Of a stretch of 64,000 bases of DNA, positions 41,496 to 56,115 are shown in pieces. Numbering within the stretch: the first letter of the stretch is position 1; the number at the start of each line of letters is the position of its first letter. Location: the NCBI GenBank assembly GCA_951406725.2, contig OX597831.1, forward strand, positions 19,468,001 to 19,532,000, in the 5' to 3' direction. Position numbers and translations under genes: made by a program. The notes under the pieces are model-generated. The model did no database searches, was not told the DNA's origin, and saw nothing but the letters and a program-made list of their open reading frames with translations. This stretch comes from Octopus vulgaris. Taxonomy: Eukaryota.

Positions 41496-41641
41496 ATACG
41501 AAGGGCTTCACAAGGCTTTGGTCGGTCTGAGGCAATAATAGAAGACACTTACCCAAGGTGCCACCCAGTATAACTGAACCCGTAACCATGTGGTTGGTAA
41601 GCAAGCTACTTCCTACACAGACACTCTTGCGCCTATGTATA

Positions 41642-41688
<47 letters not shown>

Positions 41689-43991
41689 CAAAAACAATTA
41701 AGATTCAAGTGAATTCCAATGAATATGGTACTTAAGTTAGATGCACCAGAATTCTTTATGGTATTAACCATAAAATAATGTGGAGTGATTATAACCAAGA
41801 AAAAAGCAACAAGAATGGATTAGTAGTTTAGTACAATTGTTTCATACTTCCGGGATTTCCCTTTTTATGCACTTTAATTGATATGCACCTACCAAATTAG
41901 TTATCTCAGCCGAATCACTAGAACCCATGGGTATATCAAAATTGTTAGGGGTATCTGCTCTTGTCCATAATTTTCCTTCAAATTCTATAATAGTTTTCCT
42001 AGCTAATAGTACTATGTCGATTTCTTCTCTAGATATGAGGGAGCGATTCATGGCAAAAGTAAGTGATTTATTTAGCAAAATGTGGGAAATACTAGAATAA
42101 TAATTATTGATATCAAATTGAATAAAAGATAGACAACTAGTGTTAGCTAGAGAATTGAACCATTTTAATACTTCATCAGTATTTAGCCATAGACTTAAGG
42201 GAAGGATCGGGGTTATTTGGGGTAAAACAGTATCCAAGATAGATTTACTAAGCCGGCCAATGTCAGACTTAGTTGGACAAATAAGCCTTACCGAAGTGTT
42301 TTCCAGGAAATTTCTTTTGTTGTCCTTAAGGTTGATTTATAATAATAATAATTATCAAAATAAGTGCAGCATCAACAGCAATGGAATAACTAATAATGAT
42401 ATTGATATTAATAGGAATAATAATAATGATAATAATATGAGCAATACAAATAGAAATAATATCGGGAATGAAGATAACAATGATATCTTTAGCAGTAATA
42501 AGCATTCGGATATTAATACAAACAATAATAATAACTATACCAATAATGTTGATAATTATGACATGGCTATAGTAGATCTAAATGATAGTATAAACGAATC
42601 GATAAATGGCAAGACAACTTCAGATAAGAATATTATCTATAATAACGAAAATAATACTCATAATAATTTGAATAGCAGCAATATGAGAGATCTATCCTTA
42701 AATAATTCTAAATCTAAAAATTATCCCTCTAGTTGCAATTGTAGGATTAAGTCAAAATGCCCGGCATCTGGTCTGTATTTGGCCCATAATGTAATCTATA
42801 AATGTACTATAACTACTGCGAATAGCAAATTTTTTTATCTGCGTTGCACTGAGAAGGCTTTTGTTGGTCTGAAGCTACAGCAGAAGACACATGCCAAGTC
42901 ACCACACAATGAGACTGAACCCAGGACCATGTGTTTGGAACGTAGTTTGTTACCACACAGCCACACCTGCCCCTATGTATGTGTGTGTGCGTATGTATGG
43001 GTAGATATATTATGCATGTATATATGTGTATATATATGTGTACATATTACATGTACAACTATATATATACATCTACACATAATATACAAAATACAAAGTT
43101 ATATCTTGATATCGCTAGTGATAACAATACTCAAAATATATAACAGACTGGAATTGTAGGCCCGTCTCTTGCAATTTCGATCAATTGGATCTTGTCCTCC
43201 CTCTTGTATAGAAGTGTACGGCTGCAGCGGAATTCATTTTTGGACTTTCTTCTATCGAAGGCATTTTAACAAAAATGCTTCCGTAAAGACGGTGAAAATA
43301 TTGTCAATTTCCCCAAACAGGGACTCAATTCAATTTTTAAACAATAACCAAAAGGGGGAGGGTTACGGTTTACAAATATTTAACAAATGTAACACAACAA
43401 CGTTTCCCTGACGAGGAACCAACAAACGTGATTACAATAATCAAACAGTAATAATAATAACAACAAACCTTTTTGATTTATCCCCATTTATGTGAAACCA
43501 CTTATTCAAGTTCAAGTCATTGATGCAATTTTATACGAATTGCTAATACACACACACACACACACACACACATAATAAGGGTGAAAAATTTAATATTAAT
43601 TTCATTAATATGAATTGAAAACCAGTGGTGTAGCATATAAGACCATAGCGTATCTTCCTCTAGCAAAAAGGATGACCACTATTAATGGCTCATCCCTGTT
43701 ATATAATACATTCACTTTAATAGTTTCACATTGCAAAGAGAAAGTAGGAGAAAGTGTGGTGGTAATAGCAGGAGTAAACCACTTGAAATGAGAGAGGCAA
43801 ATCGTAAAATATTGAGTTTTCTCGAATTTTTGCTTAATTGGGGGTCAAATTGAAAAAACTTTATATGCCATGACCCAATCGAATCTACTTGGAAAAATCA
43901 TAGGTAAATTCCAATTGAAGAAATTCTATATTGTAGAATTGTATTAAAAAGGAACATGGGAACAGGTAGAGAAAATCTGCCTTTTATCATA

Positions 43992-44117
<126 letters not shown>

Positions 44118-44339
44118 CATATACGTACAAGTACACATGTTTGTCTGTGTGTGTATATGGGGTGGCATGTGTGTATGTGTGTGTGATATAAACTTTGAAT
44201 TTATTTGAGAACTCACCACAGAAATAATAATACAACAACAGAGAATTTACGTAAAATCCTGAATACAGAGAAAATTTATATTTACCATACACAACAGAGT
44301 ATTTCTGGACACTTTTATTCAACACTACGTGTCAGAGTT

Positions 44340-44640
44340 AAATTTAAATCATTTGCGCTTCTCTGAGACATGTTTCTCCTGGGATGACGTCTAGATTTTT
44401 CTGACATCTCTTTTTATCATACCTAGAATAACAGGAATATATTTTGCTTTAGGATGCCACATCTTTAGTATTTCAATTTCCAGGTACTTGTATTTACTTA
44501 AGTTTTTAAATTCCTTTACAAAAATATTTAAATTAGTGGGAACACTTACATCTATTAGTCTAGAAGTATTTTCTTCCTTGTCTTTAATGATGAAGCCCGA
44601 TCGATTTGCCTGGACCACAATCTTCGTATTTCCCACTATC
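44340..44640 (-). mobile_element. R4/Dong-clade 3' fragment (endonuclease C-terminus)
   Basis: ANRSGFIIKD...IDVSVP...LSKYKYLEIEILKMWH..KYIPVILG, bounded by an ATT tract at about 44640. Confidence 0.7.
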
Positions 44641-44654
44641 ATTATTATTATTGT

Positions 44655-45925
44655 TATACTTCTCAGAAGCTTCGGTCTTGTCTGTTCTGTTTGATTCTGT
44701 AAGAGCGGATAACATCCTGCAATCAGGGGACGCAAATGGCCCCTTTCCGCGCATTGTAAGTTTTGATACTTGGTTGTTAATTATCATGGGAAACATTCAA
44801 CATCCATGTACCAATCTCAAATTCCTAGCTGTCCCCAGCAAAGCAGTTTTTGGGGCTTGCTCTGCTCTCATGTGAATTCAGATTTCTTTGACATATTTTT
44901 CGAACTTGGTTGTTAGTGCTCCGAGTACCCCTACAACTTGTGGAATGACAGACATTCTCCTCATAGTCCACATTCTTGCAATTTCGTGTTTTAGTAGTCT
45001 GTACATTTCCCTTTTTCCTTTTTTTACCACAACAATATCTGGTCTTCGAACCTCGATTAGTGAGTCTCATTAAACCGTAAAATCCCACAGTATCGTATCT
45101 TACATTCCTTATTCTCGATGACTTCTCGTTCATTCCGTATTATTCCTGTGCTTTGTTCAGACCGCACTTTTCCCGTAGCCTCTGTATACGAAGTTAGCCA
45201 CGTTATCGGGTCTCGTTTTGTAGTGCTTTTGGGCCAGGTAGCTACACTCACTCACAATATGTGAGATTGTTTTGTTTTTGCTGCGACACATCGTACAAAG
45301 GAGCAATTTGCTACTCTTATCTATTTGGAACTTGGTGCAATCAGTTTTCAGAGCTTGTTCTTGGGCGCTGCTTATCAATGTCTCACTGCAACCTTTCAGA
45401 TGACTTTTTCTCCAAGTATTGATCTTGTCTTTTCCTTCGATTTCTCTGAGATATTGTCCATGCAGTGGTTTCATTTTCCAGTTGATAACCCTTTCTTCTT
45501 CATCATGTTTCATAAATGCTTGTGTGTGCATCATGTTTTCGGTAGGTATTATATTGTTAATTCTAACAGCGGCAAGCAAGGATTTACTCTGCTGTTTCAT
45601 TTATGTACCATCCCAGACTCTCCACGTTGACAAAAGACAAAACAGACCTTGCAACATATGAGGCTTCTTTCACTCCTGTTTCTAAGCACGTACAACTTGT
45701 CAGTATCGCTTTTCGGGTGTAGATCCTTGTTAGTTGTCATCACATTTCTAGTTTTCCTGTCCATTTCCTGAAGTTCCCTCTTTGTCCACCTAACAATACA
45801 TGCGCCGTATCGCATTAAAGAAACAGACCATGTGTTCATTGCCCTGTGCTTGTTTTCTTTTTTCCATTGCGTTTGCTTCCCATAATTAATTTGGTTTTTC
45901 TGAGATATTCTCGCCTAATGCTTTC
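44655..45925 (-). mobile_element. Degraded R4/Dong-clade 3' fragment (different subfamily)
   Basis: NTWSVSLMRYGA..W...ELQEMDRKTR..LHPKSDTDKLY, W..KPLHGQY, AQEQAL, CTMC-x7-H-x4-C. The 3' end is at the ATT tract. Confidence 0.75.
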
Positions 45926-47843
45926 CTTCTTTTGGTGTAGGTAGGTAGGTAGTAGGCACGTGCCGTGACTAATTACTTATATCCGTCGCATAAACGAAGA
46001 TTTTTGAAACATAGACTAAGTAACTAGATCATTCATAAACGTTGTTTTAAAATGGATTTACGAAAATTTGTTGAGATTTGTCTAGAATATATATGCTGTG
46101 CTGGTGGATTTAGCTTGCTTATTGACGTTTGTAATTTTGGGGAAATGTAAACAAAATTGTGTCGACCAATTCACATTGTCTCGACTAAGTGTTGATGGTT
46201 ATTACTATGAGACGGTGTATTTTGCCGTGTATTAATGTATAAGATTGGATACAGCTTGGCCTAGCGGTGGGAGAGTTTGTTTCTTAATAATAAGTTGTTG
46301 TTTCGATCTCACTGAACTACGTCTTGACGTCTTTGCGTAATTTTTCTGAGCTTGCCCTCACATTAATCGAAGCATTATGATGTGAAGAGACAACACATAA
46401 ATTCAGTGGCGGTTCCACTGGAGGGGCAGTACCTATAATCCCAAGGATCACTGTGTCAGGTTCTAATTCTCAGAGGATTACTTTAACAAAACGCTTCGCT
46501 ATTGAGTACTGGGTCAGAAATAAGAAGCAATAAAGAGATTGACTTTCACATAAATCGGTCTCTACTCTCATTCTTGTCTGTGGTAGAAGTGAAAACATTT
46601 AAAACTTGTGACAATGCCTTTTGTTTTCTTGTCTTATTGACGGTTTGAGGAAATGTTAAGAAATTCACGTTCAGCAATTTCAATTCTGACTGTGTGTTAA
46701 TACCTATTACTCTCTGTTATTATGTTTTAATGTACAATGATGAAAATCACTCGGGTGAAACGTGGAAGACAGATGGAGGAGTTGGCTTCACACTCAAAAC
46801 GTCGTCAATTCGATTCGAGGACCCCACGTTTCGGTGTCTTGACAGACCTGTTTAGTATAACCACGAGTTGATCTAGGCACTGTGAGTTAAAATGGTTGCA
46901 CGGAAATTGAGTGGAAGTTCATTAGGACAGTATCTATAATCCAGAGGACCAGCATCCTCACATACACATTGCGTCATTTTACATGCAGTAGAATATGTTA
47001 AGAACACGTGTCACTGAGGATTATGCAGTAAAAATGAATATAATACAATGAACAGAGAGTTCATTTGAGCAGCAAGTTTGAATACTCATCATCACAACCG
47101 ACGGAATACCTGTTCACTCAGGTATGTCGCTCTGTGTTGCTCTAAGCTATTCTGTCCTATTACTTCCTATCAATAATGAAGAAGCATTACGAATTATAAT
47201 TCTCTAATGTTTTAAAGTACAAATATTTTTACTGTAGGCAACGTTGACACTGGCTGAAATTAGTTTATCAGACAACCAATGAAGTCAATAATTGGTGATA
47301 GTCATTGAACCGATACAACCTTCGTCTCTCACATTCTACGCTTTCAATTATGCTTTATTTCAAACGAACAAGAGAAGTTTTCTTTAACAATAAATTCCTA
47401 ATTGAATTCAATATAATTACCGCACTGTCTTTTCAATGGTTATAAAGTAATTTAAAATTACATCTGTTTGTTGCTGCACATTTTGTGTAGACGAGAAATG
47501 GCCCACGAGATTGAAACAGTGATATTCCTCTTAAGACATTATTTAATTAGTCTATTTGCTTTAGGCCTGTTATATGATGTCTTCCTATTCAGAGAGCCGA
47601 GTCTCATTTTCTTTCTTGGTGAGAACTTGTTATGCCTGCAGCGGCGTAAATGGAAAAGTTTATATTTGGAATTCTGCATGTTTCCATCGTTTCTTATTCA
47701 CAGACCAAAGAGATATTTATACGCTGCTAATAAAACAATACATTCCATGACTTTAATCGGGAATGTAAGCTTTCTTCGAAACATTCTTCTTCATTCCGAT
47801 ATTTCTATTGTATTAATTCCTTATTCAATATTTATACAAGAAT

Positions 47844-48520
47844 AAAGACAGCGACCTGGCAGAAAGGTTATCGCGCCGGGCGAAAAGATTAGCGGTATTT
47901 CGTCTGGGTTACGTTGTGAGTTCAAATTCCGCCGTGGTCGACTTTGCCTTTCATCCTTTCGGGGTCGATAAATTAAGTACCAGTTACGCACTGGGGTCGA
48001 TGTAATCGACTTAATCCCTTTGTCTGTCCTTGTTTAGCCCCATGTGTGCAATAAAAAAATAAGAAACGTGAGCATGTTAAGGCGGGTAACAGGCAGAAAC
48101 GGTAGCACGCTGGGCGAAATGCTTAGCGGGATTTCGTCTGTCTTTACATTCTGAGTTCAAATTCCGCCAAGGTCGACTTTGCCTTTCATCCTTTCGGGGT
48201 CGATAAACTAAGTACCATTTGCGTACTGGGGTCGATCTAATTGACTGACGCCTTTCCTAAAAAATTATGGGCCTTGTGCATAGAGTAGAAAAGAATATTC
48301 ATTCTAGAATAAAGGCAGGTAGCTAGCAGGATTGTTAGCACGCCGGGCGAAATGCTTAGCGGTATTTCGTCTATCTTTTTGTTTTGAGCTCAAATTCCGC
48401 CAAGGTCAACTTTGCCTTTCAGCCTTTCGGAGTCGCTAAATTAAGTACCAGAGTCGATCTAATCGACTGGCCCCTTTCCCCAAAATTTCGAGCCTTGTGC
48501 CTAGAGTAGAAAATAATATT
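47844..48520 (+). mobile_element. Three head-to-tail Meta-type SINEs
   Basis: Copies start at about 47844, 48079 and 48311, each with the tRNA-like head and Meta core. A fourth copy lies at 49003-49215. Confidence 0.85.
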
Positions 48521-49815
48521 TATACCAGAATATTCACAGAAACTATGGCAAATATCCGTAATGCTTTATTTTCTTTTCAATCTATGAGAAGTTTCTCACG
48601 GCTGACGCATGGTTTTTCTTTCACTCTTCTACAATAAGATACTAATCGACTGATGAACTATTTTCTCATCATGTTTATACAATTTTTCTCATAAATATGT
48701 TTATTCGTATTACTAAACTCATTATTCACACTCTACGTAACAAGTTTCCATTTCTGTGTTCTTTTAATTTCCGTTAAACTTGTAGGAACAAAGCCAATCC
48801 ATATTCTATATACAGCCATGTATATCAGCATCACGGATAAATGCACTCATTTAAAATATCAACAAAATCTCAAAGAGCCAATGTGTTAAAATTCCACCCA
48901 ACTTATTTTTCCTCCACAAAACTGGAATGGATAGTTTCATTATAGGAGAATCCCTTATTTTAGCCCAGCTGCATCAAGGCCGAGATTTATTTCAGATTTA
49001 ATGGCAGGCAGGTGGCATAATGGTAAACACGCCGCGCAAAATGCTAAGCTCTATTTCGTCCACTTTTACGTTCTGAGTTCAAATTCCGCCGCGGTTGACT
49101 TTACATTTCATTCCATCAGAGTCGCTAAAATAAATACCAATTGAGCACTAGCATCGATATAATCGTTTTAACTTCCCCACCCCCTGCGAAATTACTGGCT
49201 TTCTGCCAGAATTTTAAACCGATACCTATTTGAGATTTATGCACTCTTATGAGTTTTATTCCTGTATATAATCGAAGTAGTTCTACCGTAAACTTTTGAC
49301 AATAGCATGTATACCTTGTCCATTTAGTTCTTCGTTAAACAGGATTATCATTCTAATTCGGTTCCCATTCTGGATTATAGTTATTTCACTTCTCACATTT
49401 GACTTTAGATATTTTGCTTTCATCTATCCTTCATTAAATATTTCACTCATTTAACAATAACATTGTGTTTCAAGTTCTTTGGTGCATCACAACCCAAAGT
49501 GTTTATTACAGTCATTTAGATGCTTGATTGTTAGAAAGTAAAATGTGTTTAATAATTTATTAATGGTAATTTAGAACATAAACTAATCCAAATTCGCCAT
49601 GATTTTCAATACAGAAATTAAGTCAGTCATAGGACGGATTGTTTTTATATAATATTCTCTTTCATTGCCTTGAAATATTACACACCGCGATGTTTGGTTG
49701 TTTGCTTTCGATAGCCCGGCGTGAAATAATTGCGATGTAGGAGACTTAAGGTTGTTAAACAATACACAACATCTGTTTAATTCATTATTATATGTTTATT
49801 TATCTAAATATTCAT

Positions 49816-49869
<54 letters not shown>

Positions 49870-50654
49870 GCGCGCGCGCGCTTATATGGAATTCCATCAG
49901 ACTTTTCATCCAGAATTAATGAGATGTAGGCGGACACGTCTGTAAGAAGAATAGAAACAAAAGTTGATTACATGTTTAGCGTTGGTAATAATGTATTTGA
50001 GAACAAATGAGTTTATTATTTACAATATTTATATTATTTACTTTTGGCGATATTTGTCCACATGATGTTTGTTGTTAACAACAAACAAGATGAGGATAAA
50101 TATCCGTCAAAAGTAAATAAGGTAAATAAGGTACATAATTCCTCATCTCTTCAATATGGAACTGGATTAGATGAGAGTTTTCTGAAATATTATTTAAATT
50201 TCCACCTCATTTTGTGTTGTTATTCAAACAAACATGCATACAAGCATATATAAACGCAGTTCAACAAATTCTTTCATATTTATGTTAATGGAGGAGATTA
50301 GGAGTTAGAGCGGATTATAGTTTTTATTACTCATGTTGCAATACAATTTGTTTCGTGCAGAAACACAGAGATATTCATATTAGAGAAGCGCCTTGATAAG
50401 TAACCCTTTTGACACAGACGGGTAAAAATCGACGGGTGAACTTCTTGCTTCTCCTCTTTTCGCAAGACTTGATGAGATTCTCTGCTCAACTGTCTCTGTT
50501 GTGGTCAGTGCGACGATCGCATGCTACACACGTTCCTTCCAAGGACTGCTGTAAACAGCGGGAGTGAGCCGGACAGTTAAAACTTATTGTGCTTGCAACA
50601 GCAGAGTTCACAGTCAGTCTGTGCCAAGCGGTTTCACTTTGCAAGCTTGAGCCA

Positions 50655-50886
50655 CTTTTACTTGTTTCAGTCACTTGACTGCGGCCATGCTGGAGCACCA
50701 CCTTTAGTCGAGCAAATCGACCATAGGACTTATTTTCTGTAAGACTAGTACTTATTCTATCGGTCTCTTTTGCCGAACCACTAAGTTACAGGGACCTAAA
50801 GACACCAGCATCAGTTGTCAAGCGATGTTAGGGGGACAAACACAGACACACAAACATATACACACATACATACATACATACATACA

Positions 50887-50938
<52 letters not shown>

Positions 50939-51110
50939 ACGGGCTCTTCTCAGTTTCTGTCTACCAAATTCACTCACAAGGCCTTGGTCGGCCCGAGGTT
51001 ATAGTAGAAGACACTTACCCAAGGTGCCACGCAGTGGGACTGAACCAGTGGGACTGAACCGGAGCCATGTGGTTGGTAAGAACCTACTTACCACACAGCC
51101 ACTCCTGTGC
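50655..51110 (-). mobile_element. Full-length CORE-like SINE
   Basis: Head caggagtggctgtgtggtaagtagg, core ccttgggtaagtgtcttc, internal (TACA)n, tail gactgaaacaagtaaaag. Confidence 0.85.
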
Positions 51111-51601
51111 TTGTAAAATTTGTTTTCCATTCCATATCGTGGGCCTTTTATCTTAAACGTTCGATTTGAGATAGAGTGCTTTCAGTTATGCTTCACTAAA
51201 TATTAAAGCTATTTAGCATCAGGGCTTTGTACCAAAGCAGCATGATGCATTATTAACCAGATTCTTTAATGCATCCACTTAAATTCTTTACTGTTGGAAA
51301 TTGAAATGCGAAGAGCAAAAATCTTAATTTAGTGTAATATTTCATTGACGGTGTATTAGATAAGGTTGTAACGTAAATTCTGGATGGTTTTAAATACAAA
51401 ACTGAGCTAATTATAGGTCTGCATTGAATAATATTCGCTAGAATTGCATTGACAGGTTGAGATAGAGAGAAAGCTAGTGGGAGAGAGAGAGAGAGAGAGA
51501 GAGACAGGTATATTTGTACAAGCATAATACACATATGTACATATGAATATATATATATATATATATATATATAAACACACACAGACACATATGTGCACAT
51601 G

Positions 51602-51900
51602 TGGAGGCGCAATGTCCCAGTGGTTAGGGCAGCGAACTCGCGGTCGTAGGATCGCGGTTTCGATTCCCAGAGCGGGTGTTGTGAGTGTTTATTAAGCGAA
51701 AACGCCTAAATCCCCACGAGGCTCCGGCAGGGCGGGTGGCGATCCCTGCTGTACTCTTTCGGCGCAACTTTCTCTCACTCTTTCTTCTGTTGGTCTGCTC
51801 GCTTAGCCAGCGGGGTGGCGTCATCTGAAGGCTAAAACAATGTGAAGCGCATTGTGACCAGCGATGGGTAGGAACATCTGATAGCTTGGTTGGTCACGTG
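51602..51900 (+). mobile_element. tRNA-derived SINE (third family)
   Basis: tggaggcgcaatgtcccagtggttagggcagcg...ggtttcgattccc with A and B boxes. Related to 20535-20800. Confidence 0.75.
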
Positions 51901-52001
51901 ATCACGCGATATATACGCACATATATTTGCATGTATCTATGTGTAATTAAATATATGAACACGTACACACAGACAAACAGATACACACATACATATCTAT
52001 A

Positions 52002-52062
<61 letters not shown>

Positions 52063-52571
52063 GGCAAATACACACACTCAGATGTACACCCACTTACGCA
52101 CACGTATATGGATTTGTGTGTGTTTTTGTGTGTGTGCTTGTGTTTGAGTGTGTGCATGTGTGTGCTTGCGTGTGTACACACACGTACACAAGAACACTTG
52201 GGCTTGCTACGCTCACTTTATCTTTCCTCCTCCAAAATATGGCTTAATCACTTGATGCCATGACAGCAATTAACACTTCTTTTTAGTTTTGGCACAAGGT
52301 TCATTCTAAGGGGAAGAAGGAAATTCAGTTTTATAGACGCCACTCCTTTGCTAATATTTTATCGTGTCGTGTCTAAAAGAAGCATGTCAAAGTTGACCCC
52401 TGCGTTATTTGGGATTATAACCTAAGGCGTGGGAAGAAGTACTCCTTAACATCTTGGCCGACGCTGGAGCGATTCTGTCAGTTTGAAATATCAATTATTA
52501 CACAAATGATAATAAATGACGAAATAATTATCAGAAAAAGAAAAAATACCTGTTTTATTTAGAATATTGCT

Positions 52572-52665
52572 TTAGCAATTATTCTTATGGCGATTGACCA
52601 TCACGTTATAACACTCAGTATTTGCCTTTAAATCTTCACAATCATTTTTCATCATTTTCAAGAGC
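52572..52665 (-). CDS. Exon 3 (terminal coding exon) of the secreted six-cysteine peptide gene
   Basis: Strong acceptor tctttttcttctcttttag. Phase 2 entry gives RLLKMMKNDCEDLKANTECYNVMVNRHKNNC then TAA. AATAAA (52559-52554) and a possible CAG|GTATTT donor (about 52550) follow the stop. Confidence 0.8.
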
Positions 52666-53004
52666 CTAAAAGAGAAGAAAAAGATATTTTAAGCAAATTA
52701 ATTTCAACAGCGATACTCTCAACCACTTCACTGCACTCCTGTCCAGCCCCAGTCGAAATTTTCCCTCATTTTCCTAATTCATAAACGTCTACCTCGCCAA
52801 CTCACTCCTTCTTTCCTGCATCCACCGTTCCCTTACACATTCTTTACTAGATTTTATCTTTTCTATCTCTCCCTCTCTCTTTCTCTCCACCCTTCACTCT
52901 TTCCTCCTCCCCTTTATCTCTCTCCCTTTCTCTCTCTCTCTATCTATGTCCTTTTGTAGCATCGACTGCATAATTCAGTGTTTTATTCTTTTATTCTTTT
53001 GTTC

Positions 53005-53380
53005 CTTTATTTGTTTCAGTCATTTGACTGTGACCATGCTGGAGCACCGCCTTTAGTCGAGCAAATCGACCCCAGGACTTATTCTTTGTAAGCGTAGTAC
53101 TTATTTTAACAGTCTCTCTTGCCCAACCGCTAGGTGACGGGGACGTAAACGCACCAGCATCGGTTGTCAAGCGATGTTAGGGGGACAAACACAGACACAC
53201 AAACATATACAAACATATATATATATATACACGACGGGCTTCTTTCAGTTTCCCTCTACCAAATCCATTCACAAAGCTTTGGTCGACCCGAGGCTATAGT
53301 AGAAGACAATTGCCCAAGGTGCCACGCAGTGGGACTGAACCCAAAACTATGTGGCTGGTAAGCAAGTTACTTACCACACA
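53005..53380 (-). mobile_element. CORE-like SINE in intron 2
   Basis: Same family as 50655-51110. Confidence 0.85.
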
Positions 53381-54059
53381 GGAAAATGAAATCTTGTATA
53401 ATTATTTTGTATTCTTTTACTTGTTTCACTCACTAAACTGTGGCCAGGTTACAGAAGAAGACCGGAGTGGTACTGAACCTTGGAAACATGTGGTTAAGAA
53501 ATATGCTTCTTTCCACACAGCCATGCCTAGACCTTTTTAGAAACCACTCTCCATATGATCCCTGCGGTCCATATAAGATTTCGTATTTCCTAGTAAGAAA
53601 AATAGTAAATTGGAAATACACGAGGGTTGTATTTTAAGGATTTGTGATTTTTTTTTTTTTTTTGCTTTAGATGAATTCAATGCAAGAAACAACCAGGCTT
53701 CTGTCTGTCTGACATTTTACACATTTTGACTTACTTCTGGCCATTAAAACATGATCTCTCAGAGACTGCTATCTCAAACCTGCATAAATTAACACACGAA
53801 AATCAAAAGAGGAACCTTGAATGAAGTAGCTATAGAGCTAATTTTCAATTAATGAATGGCTTTTGGGGGCCACCAATATAAAATAGTAATCAAAGGGGTC
53901 CGTAGACACAAAAAAAAATTGTCGGAAACCACTAATTTAACTGGTTGAATATGTGTCTATAATGGAAGGCAAGGTTTACGATATCGGGAGAATATCGCTT
54001 TCTCGCATCATATCTTGTTCTTCGTGTAGCTGAGGCTCCGGCGGGCGAAGAAAGAAGTC

Positions 54060-54420
54060 TTTAAGTACAAATGCAATTTACAACCGGTTTAATTACAAGT
54101 TTCATAGAACAGGTGAAGTACGTTGCTCTCAGCAACCATCTCAAGCTGTGTGCGTGGTGTTGTATCTCCATTAGTGCGGGCACATTACCTCTGGAGGTAC
54201 AACATGCAGACAGGCCCAGCCACTGAAGTGTGCTCAGCAAGCGCTGCTGTGAAGAAGCGGAAAGAGAAAGTGAATCTGTTTCTGTTTCGTCCTTATAAAC
54301 AGTTTGCCATCGCAATCCTCGTTTTGATCTCGCACATGGCAAATGGATGCAGGTGAGGTCTCGCTCCAGTCTCGGAGATGGTAATTGCTGCCGCAAGATC
54401 TCATCCAATATGGCACTGAC
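54060..54420 (-). mobile_element. Possible degraded piggyBac-like transposase C-terminus
   Basis: PRLERDLTCIHLP...RGLRWQTVYK.ETET only loosely resembles the H.P...R.RC..C....ET cysteine-rich tail. Confidence 0.25.
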
Positions 54421-55049
54421 TGCTTGTGCCGCTACATGTCTCTACGACCATGCGTTCCCTTTGATTGCCTTTCGTTGCTTTCACTCAGTGTGTGTATATA
54501 TATGTTAACGTGTTCGATATGTTGTCCGTGTATGTTATATTCTTTGTGAGTATATCACCTGAATGAACTGCGGATCAGTAGGGCCACTTGAGAGTTTTTA
54601 TGTTTGTATTCTTTTCTTTTTTGTCAACACCAAAACTTACTTTCAATTGCTCTTCTATTTTAAGTAATATTCTATCCGCAAGATTACAATGAGAAAAAGA
54701 AACCAACACTTCTTTTCAAGGGATGGGGTTGTGGGGTTGGAGAAAGGAACAGACTTCATGGTAATTACTGGGGTTGATAGGTTCGACTAAACATCTTCAA
54801 TGCGTCCTTCTTGCTGGGACGCAGTTTAATGACCGAAAAACAAATGAGAGATAAAAGATTGAAGAGAGAACTGCTTAGATTTCAAGAACAAACAAAGGCA
54901 AATAAAATATTCTTTGATTTCCATTCGTTTCGTTTCTTTCAATCGTTCTTTATTCCGCATTGTTTAACACAAAACTCAACAATACTTCAACGCGGTTTCG
55001 TATCTTCTATTTTTGGCACTGCCATATTTTCCAGGGGAAATCGCGCGCG

Positions 55050-55084
<35 letters not shown>

Positions 55085-55472
55085 CGTACACACATACAAA
55101 CGCACGCACACACATACACACAAATGCACATACACACAAACACCTAAACACACATACACACACACACACAGATGCAAGCACCATATCCATACGTATGCAT
55201 ACATATATAAACGTTTGCATACATACACACATACACATCTATATAGAGAATGCAGAAGACTCATTTATCTGATCCCTCGCATTGTCTTTCTATCTGTCTG
55301 TTTCTCTCTCTCTCTCTCTCTCTCTATGTCTCACGCACGCACGCACTCTCTCTCCCTCGATTTTTCTCTTTTCCTCTCTCTCTCTGACTTTCACCATCTC
55401 TCTTTCTCTTTTCCTTTCAGTTTCTCCTTATATATAGAAAGTGTCTGGTACATACATTACATACATTTACGT

Positions 55473-56115
55473 AAGGCGGCGCGCTGGCAGAATTGTTAGC
55501 ACGCCGGCCGAAATGCATAGCGGAATTTCGACCGTCGATATGTTCTGAGTTCAAATTCCGCCGAGGTCGACTTCGTTTTTCATCCTTTCAGGGTAGATAA
55601 ATTAAGTAGCAGGTGCATACTGGGGTCGATCTAATTGACAGCACCACCTCCCCAAAATTTCTGGCCTTGTGCCGATAGTTCAAAGGATTATACGAGGTCT
55701 GATCAATAAGTATTCGAACTGTTGCCATAGTAACAAAGCTAAAGCACGCGGGTTAAGCCGTTTGGCAATGACTGATCTTGAATTCTGCTGTGCATGCGCA
55801 CTAAGTTTTAATGTTCTAGCTCACTTCCTCTGTTTACAGCAATGCTTGGAAGGAAGGTGTGTAGCGTGTGATCGTCGCATGGACCATGAGAGAGAAAGCT
55901 GTCATTTCTTATTCCTTCTTTCTTTTTTGCCCACAGTAGGCTAAACATATATGGGACAAACAATGACAGACAGAGGGATTAAGTCGATTGGTACTTAATT
56001 TATCGACCCGAAAAGATGAAAGGCAAAGTCGACCTCGGCGGGATTTGAATTCAGAACGTAATGACAGACGAAATACCGCTCAGCATTTCGCCCGGCGTGC
56101 TAACGTTTCTGCCAT
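55473..56115. mobile_element. Two Meta-type SINEs in opposite orientation (55473-55690 plus; 55945-56115 minus) around a mariner-like end (55691-55900)
   Basis: SINE cores on both strands. A tacgaggtctgatcaataagtattcgaac TIR-like start, with a related inverted fragment at about 50480-50650. Confidence 0.7.

Noticed and set aside
51602-51680. tRNA genes at SINE heads (also about 22450-22520 and 20730-20800)
   Set aside because: The A and B boxes continue into SINE bodies and I could not fold a complete cloverleaf.
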